Shown here: positions 27,663 to 39,900 of the stretch, in pieces
How the letters are laid out: every line of letters begins with the position of its first letter
How positions within the stretch are numbered: position 1 is the first letter of the stretch
Assembly: GCF_963676685.1 (NCBI RefSeq)
Contig: NC_092345.1
Coordinates: 99,014,001 to 99,078,000, forward strand
Length of the DNA stretch: 64,000 bases
Direction of reading: 5' to 3'
Origin: Mytilus edulis
Lineage: Eukaryota
Position numbers and translations under genes: made by a program
The notes under the pieces: model-generated
Told to the model about the DNA's origin: nothing
The model's database searches: none
Seen by the model: the letters and a program-made list of their open reading frames with translations, nothing else

Positions 27663-28789
27663 GAAGATATAAGGACCATGTGTTCTTTTGTTACCCTTGT
27701 ATAGTAGCTAATACTTATTTCCCAGAAAATTGATTTATCAATAGTTTTCAAGTCCTCAATGTCATACAACTTTTTAATTCAGACAACAACACGCCATAAT
27801 CAAATCAGAATTGTCTATCTTTTAAAAATACATTATTAGAAACCGCAACTTTGGCAAATTGATGCATAGAAGGAATTAGTATGACGATAAATAAAAATGA
27901 CAGTGTAATCTGGCCTCTATAGTAGAGAAACATCAGTTTTTGTGTCACTAGAATCCAGGAACATGTCAAAACCGATACATTTGACTCAATATACCACATT
28001 TTTGCAATTTAGTTTGAAGAATAAAATATCAACTACAGCAAATGTGTTAGACAGAATTTTGAAATACAAATACTGCTATCTGAAGCAATTTTAAAAAGAT
28101 TTATAATACGTCGTAATGTTGATTTTCCAATATTACACTGTAGTTTTCCCTTTGATAGATGCCTAGTATGTCAGTCATTCTAAAAAATAAACCTTCTTAA
28201 ATTCTGTGCATTTTGTCGATATGTTGCCTTTCCAATCGAGTATTTATTTTGTTTTCTGTGAGTTCTTTAGTGCATGCATGAAAATTGTCAATTTATTATA
28301 TATTACAAATGTGCCACTATCAGGTCGATGTCAGTACCGGTAAACTGTCACGTCCTTCAGGATAATGATACTGTTGTGCTATCATGACATAACATTGATA
28401 TGTGTACTGAAGACATGTTTCATCGGTTGGGTATCTTTACTAAAACTAAAACGCTGTACTCTGAGGTTATACGAAAGAAGAAGAAAATTACAGATGTTTG
28501 CTAATATGAATCAAAACATGCACCTGAGTACCTTATGTAATCCATCTATTTGTTGAGAAACGGTCAAAATATCATTGCTCCATTTTGTAGGTTTTCATTT
28601 ACCACTGAATCTTTTATTATATCCACAAATCGAGAACGAAATAAGCTTTATCTAAACATTCACAACATCGGCTTTGTATCTGAATTCACGAAATAATTGA
28701 AAAAGATAGTCTCTTGAGTAAAGTTCGAGACAACAAGATATTATTTTATATCAAATGCGATGTTCCGCTTTTCTCTTAATTTATGGCGC

Positions 28790-28930
28790 TTTCAATGCTT
28801 AAATTATACTGAATCTTTCCTGTCAGTGTGGGTCAGCTATTGATGATGCTCATCATTTCTTGTTCGTTTGCCCAAACTACACTACATGTAGATATAGTTT
28901 ACTTAACAATCTTAATCGGCCTTCAGAAAA
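28790..28930 (+). mobile_element. LINE C-terminal zinc-finger fragment
   Basis: About 28818-28880 translates SCQCGSAIDDAHHFLFVCPNY. Confidence 0.5.
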
Positions 28931-30772
28931 TTTGTTTAAGGTAATCATATTGTACTATGGGGAAGACTTCACACGTATAATGTATTTGTGTCTCATTCAA
29001 TTGCTTAGATTTAGCAAATACAATATGTTTAAAATTTAAACTAAATTAGTTGATATCTGTAACTAGTTTACAAGAAATTGCTCTTTGAAAGGGAAAAGTA
29101 AAATCACAAAAATAATGAACTCGAATGAAAATTCAAAACTGAATGTCCCTATTCAAATCAAATGGAAAACAACTGTCATATCTCGGACTTGGTACAGGCA
29201 TTTTCAAATGTAGAAAATGGTGGATTAAACCTGGTTTTGTAGCACTTGTACGGTTTGAGGGATTTAAAAATTCAATTTGATTCCTTCTGAGAAAATTGGA
29301 ATACTTAATAGTATGAATCAATTATTACGTGTTGTTTACAGAGAGGAGTTATGCCCCTAAAGAAAGGCATATTGAAATCAGATCAGGTTTGTCATATGCA
29401 CAGACCATGTGGAATTCAAAATATCTCATGGTGTGGTACTTTTATTTGTTTTTTAATGTAAACATTACGTGACGCGCCGATACAGCGCCACATGAATTTA
29501 TGTTTGCAAGTGAGCTCTAGTGGTTTGTTTTGTAAAAAAATGCATAAGAAAGATAAACTCCCAAGCGGATGCATTGTTGACATATTTAAGGTATTCATGT
29601 GAATAGAATTAATATTTTTCAAGCACCATCTTATTAACAAGTATAAGTTATTAGTATGTTGTTAATTGTTTCGATTCATCTCAAGTGTCCCCACTTACTG
29701 ACAAGTAGTTAAGTCAGACAAAACTCTTTACAACACAAATAGGCAATGTTTAGGTTTCAAAGCGCCCGGATGTCACTATCAAGCCGCATTTAGACGTTTC
29801 AACTTGAAAAGTCTCCTTTTCAAATAAAAAAAAATGGACCAACACGATCAAACAATTGGACTAAGATTTTTTTTCTGAATCAGGAAAATTAAACACGAAT
29901 ATCATAAAATTTTATGGTAGATTTTTACAACGGATTTTTTTAACATAAGGTCAAAACATTTCAAGACAACTACGTCACTAACTTAAATAATACACGATCA
30001 GCAAATATTTCTTTGTGTTTTTTTATTCATCTTATTACCTGATAACATTGTGGCAGACGACAACTAGCTTCGACGCCAACTATTTAGTGCCTTCAAGTGA
30101 AAAAGTAAAAAATATCGATACGATCAACTATTTTATGCGTTTCATTGAATTTCTGTCGAATTTTAGGTTTAATATTCGGTCTAGGGATAATTGAAATCAG
30201 ATAGTCATCTAAAATGTTTTAATGTAAGGTAACTCGTGGTTGACAGTCATATGATATTGTGGGATATTAAAATCCAAAATTTCATAAAATCAAATTTAAA
30301 GAGATGCCCTTATTGATAGGGAATTTAATTTGAAAATATTTGTAATTGAAATATTCATTTATAATCTTATTTTAAGACTTAACTATAACAAAACATCCTG
30401 TTGGTTAACCTATGTTTCATAGCACTTACCTCAGAGTTACAGAACTTATCTAGAGCTTTTACAATCTTGCAGAGCTACAATGGCAACATTGATACAGATT
30501 TTTTTTAAGTTGTAAATTGGCTTTGAATAATAGATCAATAATTTTTTTCATTTTTTTTTTGGTTATTTGTTTTTGTACCGAACTGACAAGGAAAGTTCAT
30601 TTTAAATGTTTTTTACAGTTTGTTCTTATGCTGTGTTGCTACATGACTGTCCAGATGCCTTCCCAAGCGATGAAGTTTCAATTTAGTACATGTACGTAGT
30701 TGTTGATGATGGTATGCTTTTATTCCTCTTTTTTTTTAACTTGTTTTTTTTTCTATCTATTTTATTGAAATA

Positions 30773-30845
30773 CAGTCGAACCTCGTTGTGTCGAAGTCGA
30801 AGGGACCAGACGAAAGTATTCGACTCATCCGAGGTCGAGTTTGAC
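30773..30845 (+). mobile_element. Single terminus of a Tc1/mariner (pogo/Tigger-like) element
   Basis: TA|CAGTCGAACCTCG start; no partner TIR found. Confidence 0.45.
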
Positions 30846-31867
30846 GTCATATTTTTTAAATGTATGAAATACCAATACATGTATTAGAATTAAGTGTTTT
30901 TCCTTTACTAGACGATAAGTGTTATTATATTACTATGAATCTTTTTGCACTTTTTGTAGTTTATAATGTACACAATAAGAATTCAAAATACTTTCCAAGC
31001 TCCGCCGTATATTCAAGTCCCAAATCAGGAACCTTATTGTATAGTTATGGTATTATGGTATGCCATATCTTTATTTTTTTGTTATTCCGAGAATCCGCTA
31101 TTGATATGTGTTTTTTTTTTAATTTTTTTTTTTAATTTCTTTGAATATGTTCACATTTTTCATAGCCTTGGAACAATTAAAAGCTTGTCGTAATCGTTGT
31201 TGCCATACTTGTTTTTCTTCGTCTTAAAAGTTCAGTTCATATATTTTCAGTAAAACTTCGGAAAATACTAATTCATTTTAAAAGGGTACAGGCAAGCAGA
31301 ATTAAAAGCGACTAAAGGTTGATAATGAAGATTTCCTGAGAAAAAAATCATTAATTTTAGTTTTAAGACGGTAATTTTATATTATATTTATCAATGTATT
31401 TTTGAGATAATAAATACAACCCAAATATTAACCACTAAGTCGATTTACGTTGCAAGGGGAATAATTCATTTTGCTCAGACATAGCTTGTAATTGTAAACT
31501 CTATGTATGGTTATCTGGACCGTCCGTTTGAGTGTGTTGTCTGTACAAATACGACTACACGTCCGGTCGGAATAGTGACTTAAAATACATGTATGATATT
31601 TTATGTGTAGACGGCCACGCTCGAATCATTACACCAACTCCAGATTGTACAATACTAGTAACTGCACGCGAGATTTCAGAAGTGTAGAATTGTGTTTGTA
31701 TTAAATTCCCCAGAAAATTTGACAAAAGTTATGAAAATAAATAAAGATATTGAAACTTTTGGAACGTGTGAGTCTGATACTAATTTTGGCTGAAAAAATG
31801 ACAGTGTAATGCTTCCGCTTAGCGATTGCCTGTTCTTTACTTTATACTTTTAGTACGAGAAGTTGGT

Positions 31868-31975
31868 AATGAGATTCGGTTGAGAACCGAACTTCACGAC
31901 AAAAGAGATAGTTTCAATTTTCACCATTATAAATTTTCCATTTCTGTGTAGGAACATTCCATCATGCACTTTCAC
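31868..31975 (+). mobile_element. Penelope-like RT C-terminal fragment
   Basis: Approximately RLRTELHDKRDSFNF..INFPFLCRNIP, similar to LNTKIYDKRDDFSFPIVNYPFL at about 34890. Confidence 0.65.
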
Positions 31976-32284
31976 TTTTTATGTAGTAACATTCTGGCAG
32001 CAGCAAACTGTCACAAGTATCACTATTGAAAATATATATCCATTTTTAAGTAATAGGACGGAACCATTATATTGGTATATGATACTTTCTTGGTAAAATA
32101 TTTTGTATTCAATAAAATTATTATTTGCTTTTCTATTCCTTTAATGCAGTACACGAATTCAAGCTTGATATGACAGTGGTCTAAGAGATACCTACATCGC
32201 CTAGATACTATCAGTTTTATATATTTCCGAACTACTTAGCTTGAATTTTTAAAAGTTATCCTGATCTCCGCAGTTCTAAACCAG

Positions 32285-32369
32285 TCAAATTAGACTTTGT
32301 TCAAAACACTTTATGTCTTCTTCGTTGAAGTATTTTAGAAACAAATGTCTATACTGAATGTAGTCTATA
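32285..32369 (-). pseudogene. Detached 3' end of ankyrin/SOCS-box paralogue 1
   Basis: Translates IDYIQYRHLFLKYFNEEDIKCFEQSLI*, matching paralogue 2 IDFIQYRHLVLKYFNEEDIQSFEHSLI*. Confidence 0.92.
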
Positions 32370-32382
32370 CCAAAAAACAAAT

Positions 32383-35300
32383 ATGAAGCTTAGAAATGGA
32401 AAAATATTAAATACTAAACTCGTTCAAAGGGTATCTACACGTCTCAATCTTCAGAATCGCTTATCTAAAAATACTACAATAGCTAACGTTTTTAACAATA
32501 AAAATCGTGGTTACCCTTCTATCGATAAGTGTCATGCCAAAAAATGACTTACGTGTCCCCGTCTTTCCACCAACAATACAGTAAGGTCCACATTTAATGG
32601 TCGCACATTTTCTCTAAATTTTGAAACTGATATTACTTGAAAAACAAACAGTATTATTTATTTACTCACATGAAACAAACCGGGATGCGGTATTCAGTAC
32701 GTAGGTGAAACTGGGCGATATTTATCTAAACGCACGCAAGAACACCTGTATCGTTTTAAAAGACCCAATAAATTCAAAAGTATCATTTATCAACATCTTA
32801 AGAAGCACAGTCATCCTATTAAATATTTAACAGTTCAACCTTTAGAAGTAGTAAATAAGCAGCCTGGTGAATCTCATTCCAAGTTTGTACGATCACGAAA
32901 AATAAATGAATTAAATTGGATTAAAAAATTACAGACAGTCTACCCTCTCGGTCTTAATGATAATATCATGGGAATTGGCAATATATCAAGAACCGATTCT
33001 GTTAACATTTTGGATATAGTTTCTAAAACTGTTCGTAAAAATCGTTCTCATGGACGCAGAAAAAATCGCAATCAAAGAAAATTTCGGACCAACCATACAA
33101 ATATTTCGGACCTAATTTCCATTTCAAAAAACAACGGCAGACATTATCTGTTAACCAAGCTTTGTTCTTTACCTATAAATAAATAAAATAAAATTTTAGA
33201 GGATTGCAACACAATTTCATATTACAGTCCTAAGTATGAAATTGTCCAAATTATAATGGCATATTGTTATTCTAAACTGTTTCCAAAAATTGATCGCCCT
33301 GAAGATCATAAAAAACATTTTATTAAAATAAAGTATGTCAATAAAGGTTTTGATTTTGTAAATATTGCCGGTATTTTTAACGACCATTCTGTTAAAGACC
33401 AAATTCCTGGATATTTTGATAATACTGAACTCCCTCTCATTTGTTATATTTACAAGAAATCTACCCGAAAATATGTGTTTAATTATAGCCAATTGTGTAA
33501 AGATGTAAATATCACTGATAATACACCTATGTCGTGTAATTGCAGTAATTCAGAATACACCTATGGACCAATTTCCCATGTTATAACAGGAGACCTTAAC
33601 ATCGTTCGCGACCGAGAGTTAAAATCATTCCTCAGTAAAGGACCTAAATATCGTCCCCCGTCAACTATTAACTGGAATGAGTGTCGTAATATCATCAACG
33701 ACTCACTCCGCGCCTACTGTTTGAAATGGGTAAAACGGGAAAAAGCTGACAAAAAATCTTTGGACTCTTTTTTTAATTCAGTAATGAAGATAGTTGATAT
33801 TCGAATACAACATTTTAAAGAACATTTTACCCTCAACAAAAACTATAAAAACCCTATTTCGCGTATCAAAAATAAACTAACAGAACTAGCCAAGGAATTT
33901 GTTTTTGTCCCGGCTGATAAAGCTGCTAATAATATCATTATTGTTTGACGTAAATTTTATATAGAGGTTCTACAAAAGGAAATCACGAATTCACCAACAT
34001 TCCAACTGACTTCATTTTCAGAAAACGACATCTGTAACAAACATAAACTTTTAGCTACTTCTTTACAAGCAGAACCAAACACAATGAAAGTCCCAACTAT
34101 GTACTGGCTTCCGAAGCTGCACAAAAAACCTTACAAATATAGATTTATTTCATCTTCCAGCCATTGTTCAACTACTAAATTGTCTGTTTTACTTACTAGT
34201 ACACTTGGTACAATAAAAAACCTGATAATAAATTGTTCAAATAAGGCCTTTGAAAATAGTGGAATTAATTACTTTTGGAGTGTCAAAAACTCTTTGGAAG
34301 TACTTGATAAATTGCATGCATATATTGGTGATTTTGAATCTGTTCAAAGTTTTGATTTTTCTACCCTATATACCACTTTGCCTCATATTCTTATTAAGAA
34401 AAAATTCACATCCCTAATTAACTGGGCATTTAAAAAGTCGGAATGCGAGTACATATGTTCAAACTCTTTTAGATCATTTTTTAGTAGCAATAAACAAAAG
34501 AACTATGTCAATTGGACATGCTTTGATACTATTTATGCACTTGAATTTTTACTTGATAACATTTTTGTTCGCTTTGGAGATTCCGTATATCGTCAAGTTA
34601 TTGGAATTCCAATGGGGACTAACTGTGCACCACTTATTGCGGACCTGTTTTTTGTATTGTTATGAGTTACAATTTATGACTAAAATTAGCAAAGACCCAT
34701 CAAAACAACATTTGATACAAAAATTTAACAATACTTTTAGATATTTGGATGATATATTGGCTCTAAATAATGACGACTTCAGTATGTATACTAAAGAAAT
34801 TTGTCCTGTAGAACTTACTTTAAATAAAGCTAATGATAACAATGACCACTGCCCTTTCCTCGATCTTGATATCTATATCATAAACGGGAAGCTTAATACA
34901 AAAATTTATGATAAAAGAGATGATTTTTCATTTCCTATTGTTAATTATCCATTTTTAGATGGTGACGTTCCCTTGTCACCATCTTATGGTGTTTATATAT
35001 CTCAACTTGTACGATTCGCTCGTGTATGTAACAATGTATTAGATTTTAGCGAGAGAAATTTATGTATTACTGAAAAATTATTACACCAGGGTTTTCGATA
35101 TCACAAACTGGTCAAAACATTTACTAAATTTTATCACCGGTATAAGGAAATAATTCGTAAATATAACTCAACATGCAGACATCTTATACGTTCAGGTATT
35201 TCACATCCAAAATTTTATGGAAATATTCTTTATAAAGCACAAAAATGTCAGTATTCTCCTCAGAAACTAACAAAACCTTTAAATAGACTTATTAAAAGGG

Positions 35301-35392
35301 GATATAGTTACGATACTGTTGTCAGGTCATTAAAGATTGCATATTTTGGCTTTAACATTGATTCACTGATAGGGTCTTTGCATCGGAACTAA
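32383..35392 (+). CDS. GIY-YIG endonuclease + RT, about 1002 aa, predicted selenoprotein with 4 UGA; this copy has one TAA (33184) and a +1 T (34648-34653)
   Basis: From ATG 32383: IIYLLT..QYVGET..KR..EH..E..W..YPLGLND; PADKAANN, YWLPKLHK, FDFSTLYT, GIPMGTNCAP, RYLDD; TGA at 32545, 32638, 32671, 33946. Confidence 0.88.
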
Positions 35393-35447
35393 ACACATTT
35401 ATTTCTAAAAAAAACAGTTGTTGGCATGACAGGGGTTATGTTCTTCT

Positions 35448-35512
35448 CATATATTTTATGATAGTATGATACTAAACCCCTAACGGGAGGGATTGTACCT
35501 GATATTCATATG
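35448..35512 (+). promoter_or_regulatory. SECIS element (type II)
   Basis: ATGAT (35458), helix gtatgat/attgtac, apical AAA (35474), mini-stem ccc/ggg, TGAT (35500); lower helix catat/atatg. Confidence 0.85.
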
Positions 35513-35708
35513 ATGAAGACATAATCTTTCAATCAGTTTAATTGAGGTCTGGAGCTGGCATGTCAGTTAACTGCTAGTAGTCTGTTGTTATTTATGTATT
35601 ATTGTCATTTTATTTATTTTCTTTTGTTACATCTTTTGACATCAGACTCGGACTTCTCTTGAACTGAATTTTAATGTGCGTATTGTTATTCTTTTACTTT
35701 TCTACATT

Positions 35709-35799
35709 GGCTAGAGGTATAGGGGGAGGGTTGAGATCTCATAAACATGTTTAACCCCGCCGCAATTTTGCGCCTGTCCCAAGTCAGGAGCCTCTGGCC
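35709..35799 (+). ncRNA. Predicted type-P5 twister ribozyme
   Basis: P5 ggctagagg/cctctggcc; P2 GGGG/CCCC; G-A-GGG; UAA; P3 cgca/tgcg; P4 cctg/cagg around TCCCAAGT. Confidence 0.78.
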
Positions 35800-36030
35800 T
35801 TTGTTAGTCTTGTATGATTTTAATTTTTAGTTTCTTGTGTATAATTCGGAGTTTAGTATGACGTCCATTATCACTGTACTATTATGCATATTTTAGGGGC
35901 CAGCTGAAGGACACCTACGGGTGCGGGAATTCTCGCTACATTGAAGACCCATTGGTTGCCTTCGGCTGTTGTTTGCTCTATGGTCGGGTGGTTGTCGCTT
36001 TGACATATTCACCATTTCCTTTCTCAATTT

Positions 36031-36977
36031 TATAATACGCGGAGGAAAACCGCCATGTTTGATGTAGTTGATAAAAATTTGAAAACTAAGACCTAAATGA
36101 CTTCTCAAGCGACGTCTGCACAAATCGGCTAATGTTCGTGGTTCGTAAAGCACACTGTGAATTTTTGCCAATATTTCTTCATCTACGGTATAAACATCAT
36201 TTGATAAAAGGAATCGTTTATCTTCATGGCAAAAATCATCAAATGTCTCTAAAAGAAGCATGATGAGGTCTTTTATACTCGGTTTTACATGACTTAAAAC
36301 ATACACATGAATGCTTCGCGCCAGGAGAAATTGTAAAAGAGAAGTGTCACCTGCCGGCATGCTTTTAAGGGCGTTACATGAAAGCAACAAATAAAACACC
36401 TTCGCTCTGACATTAATTTCCAAAAGTCTATATAAAAAGAAATCCTCGACTAACGGTAGTGCCCCATTCATCAACAGTAGGGCCATGACATCGTATCTGC
36501 CGGTCTTGAGAGCTACTAAAAAGGGCGTCTCGTTTAACATTACTCTATCCTGAGTGTCGCACTGGTTTGCATCTGAATGTGTAAAATCGCTATGAGGTTT
36601 ATTAACATCATGTCGTTTATTGATCAGTGTTGCTACATTTTGAATCAAATGTTCATTTTCAATGATAATTATAGAACTGATTGCAGACCAGGCATTTGTG
36701 GAGGACCCGAGAGCAACAAACTCTTTTCTCTGAAGAAAATCCACTATCTCCCTCGATTCGAGTACTTCAGCCCATCTTAGTGCAGTATAACCTTTGTATC
36801 TCAACTTACGTAATTCGGATTGTAATTCTGGCTCAACATCTACTCCTGTAATGATTGCCTTTACCACGTTTAAATTGTGATTAAAAATTGCTTCTATCAG
36901 CCATTTGCAAATTTGATTTTTATTCCATCCGTATTTGATATATTCCTTGATGACAGTATGACAAAGCTTACTGTCTC
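36031..36977 (-). pseudogene. Paralogue 1 last exon (ankyrin-like repeat + SOCS box), interrupted by the retroelement
   Basis: Acceptor ttctaattcacag|GA; ETPFLVALKTGRYDVMALLLMNGA; PRTLADLCRRRLRSHLG...FPPRII; colinear with 50397-51451. Confidence 0.85.
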
Positions 36978-37331
36978 CTGTGAATTAGAAACAAAGTAAA
37001 ATATCAATTAATACTTAAAATAATTATTAAATACATGTACTATAATGTTCTTATTTATGCAATTTACCAATCACATTAAAGTACTTCTTAGCACTTTGAG
37101 TATCTGTATTGGACCTTAAATACTAGAAGGGAAAAAATATCAAGGGACATGGTTGCATTCTGGTAACGGGCATACCTTTCTGTGGTTGACATTTCATAAA
37201 GATGAAGAATATCCAGGGTTATAGCTGCATTGTTGCGTAGAGGATATCAGTCTAGCTTCAATCTCAAGGACATGGCAGTATTCGTGCTATCCGGTACGAT
37301 TCAGTTACAGGGGAGGTAATGACGTTGCTAA

Positions 37332-37880
37332 AGCCTCGGTCACACCTTACCGGATAGCACGAACGGACGCCTAACGGATGAAAATAAAAGTAGTCCGTTG
37401 ACAAAATTGTTATCCGTTGGAAGTCCGTTGATGCACTGAACGAATAAAACGGACACACAACGGGTATGCAACGTACGTGAAACGGAACCGTAACGGACAG
37501 AACGGATGTCAAACGTACATCCAACGGACGTTCATCATCCGTTTTATCCGTTATACGTCCGGTAGAAGTCCGTTTCATATTCGTTCAACATCCGTTTTAT
37601 CCGTTAGACGTCCGTCAGAAGTCCGTTGGTGAATTTATCTGCCAGACCTCCAACGGATGTATAACGGACACGTAACGGATACAAAACGGAAACGAAACGG
37701 ACGAGTACCGTACAAAACGAACGCCTACCGGACGTTCAACGGACATTTCATCCGTTGGACGTCTGTTCAAAGTTTTGAACATGCTCAAAATTTTCCACCG
37801 GACAAAACAGACGTCGACGTATAAAACGTACGCTAAACGGACATGCAACGGATATGGACGGACTTCTAACGGATAAGATA
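37332..37880 (+). mobile_element. Truncated Harbinger-like non-autonomous element
   Basis: TAA|agcctcggtcacac terminus resembles the TIR at 41160; dense aacgga/tccgtt internal repeats; no right TIR. Confidence 0.6.
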
Positions 37881-37929
37881 ACAGAAAGTGAGAAAGGAAA
37901 ACACAACAAAAAAGTGAGAGAAATAAATT

Positions 37930-38585
37930 ATACTACGAAATGAAACAAAATGAGAGAATAAAAGAATACAAAAATTCCATAGCTGCTGTAAAAAAGAGGA
38001 GACAAAGGGAAAAACACAACTCACTTAAGCAAAAAGCTGAAGCTAGGAGATTAAAAAACTTGCATAATGTCAGAAGGTTTAGGGAAAAAGAAAAGGTGAA
38101 GAAAATCTTGAAATTGTAGAAATTGAAGATGTAACGAATTTTACAAATAGAATGCAAAAATCCAGAGCAATGAAAAAAATTAAGAGAGCACTTCCTCAAA
38201 CTCTTAGAAAAAAGGCTGAACTTTTGATAAACCTTTTGACGGGGAAAAAATCTAAGCAGTCACCTACAATGGCAAAATTAAGGCAAATGAACATTGTTAA
38301 ATCCCCTGACGAAATTGAAAATGATGAAATAGCAAAACATGTCTTAGTTGATGTTAAAAAAGTCCTGACTCATACAAAAGCTCAAAGATCAAAAGATTCC
38401 TTAGTGACCAAACACATAATTTTAGCAGCTGTAAGTGGTGAAAGCGTGACGGAAAACAGATGTAAGAAAAAACTCGCTTCTAAACTTGAAGTACCGATAT
38501 CATAAGGCGATTGTCGGGGGGTAAGCGGATACGGACAAACGTTCTCCGTTCAGAGCAGTCCTGCTGGACAATAACAAAACGAAAT
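37930..38585 (+). pseudogene. Degenerate basic-protein coding fragment, probably from a DNA transposon
   Basis: Broken Lys/Arg-rich frames (KKIKRALPQTLRKKAELL); no catalytic motif seen. Confidence 0.3.
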
Positions 38586-39004
38586 AACTCTTGAAATAAA
38601 ATTTTAGACAAGTTGATTTTCCATTTTTTTTTTAGGTCTGAAATTCACGCTTTTATTAAAACACGCCCAATTATGTCACTATGCAATATAAAATTGAAAG
38701 TGGTCATTTTGTAGTATTGAAAGGCGCATCCTGAAATGCCAGCGTATTCCCGATTTTGGTATTTTTTTTTACTTCTTTTACAGAAGCGACAAATACAGGA
38801 GTTATTTTGAATACCTCTATCATAAACCTATTTGTAAATAAAAAGTGTATTCTTTAATACTCTTTAAAATGATATTATTTTCATAATCTACCCTGTACTG
38901 TTTCGTAGGGGACATTTGGTCTTACGAAACAGCTAAAAAAAAACCAGTTAAGAACGACTGTATGGTAGTGGTAGTGTCTCGGCACTACGAAACGCTTTTC
39001 TCCC

Positions 39005-39900
39005 AAACCGAAAAGGAAAATAAAAATCGAATAAGGAAATAAAAACCGAATAAGGAAATTTTCAGGAAAACAAATTAAGAGGAAAAACAAATTTTTGTGT
39101 ATCAGTTTAGACTTTTATTTTTCAAAATTTGAAAATCGAATAAGGAAAAAGAAACCGAATAAGGAAATGAAAATCGACTAAGGAAATGAAAATCGCATAA
39201 GGAAATACAAACCGAATAAGGAAATAGAAACCGTATATAGAAATAAGACCGAAAAAGGAAATAGAAATAGAAACTGAATAAGGAAATGAAAATCGAATAA
39301 GGAAATTGAAATCAAATAAGGAAACGAAAATTGAATAAGGAACTAGAAACCGAATAAGGAAATAGAAAAGGAATAAGGAAATAGAAAATAAGGAAATGAA
39401 AATCGAATAAGGAAATGAAAATCGAATAGGGAAATGAAAATCGAATAAGGAAATGAAAATCGAATAAGGAAATAGAAACCGAATAAGGAAATGAAAATCA
39501 AATAAGGAAATAAAAATCGAAAAAGGAAATGAAAATCGAATAAGGAAATGAAAATTGAATAAGGAAATAGAAACCCAATAAGGAAATGAAAATCGAATAA
39601 GGAAATGAAAATCGAATAAGGAAATAGAAACCGAATAAGGAAAAGGAAACTGAATAAGGAAAAAGAAACCGAATAAGGAAATGAAAATCGAAAAAGGAAA
39701 TAGAAAACGAATAAGGAAATGAAAGCGAATAAGGAAATGAAACCGAATAAGGAAATGAAAATCGAATAAGGAAATAGAAACCGAATAATGAAAAAGAAAC
39801 TGAATAAGGAAATGAAAATCGAAAAAGAAAATTGAAACCGAATAAGGAACTGAAAATCGAAAAAGGAAATAGAAAACGAATAAGGAAATGAAAAAAATAA
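39005..39900. repeat. 19-bp purine-rich tandem repeat
   Basis: Unit gaataaggaaatgaaaatc / gaataaggaaatagaaacc. Confidence 0.93.

Larger units (their letters stand above)
32370..36030 (+). mobile_element. Naiad-type Penelope-like retroelement (N-terminal GIY-YIG), full ORF plus structured 3' UTR
   Basis: Boundaries fixed by the interrupted host exon; TATA at both junctions; EN-then-RT domain order. Confidence 0.92.

Noticed and set aside
31990-32382. 5' pseudo-LTR or hammerhead for the Naiad-type element
   Set aside because: Host exon sequence abuts 13 nt before the ATG; no repeat of the 3' end and no CTGANGA..GAAA core seen
33184-33186. TAA as a recoded codon
   Set aside because: Not UGA and not at a Cys-type site; most simply a private nonsense change (e.g. 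TTA to TAA)
34648-34653. Programmed frameshift in the RT
   Set aside because: One extra T in a homopolymer; removing it restores DLFLYCYE, so it is a mutation or sequencing error
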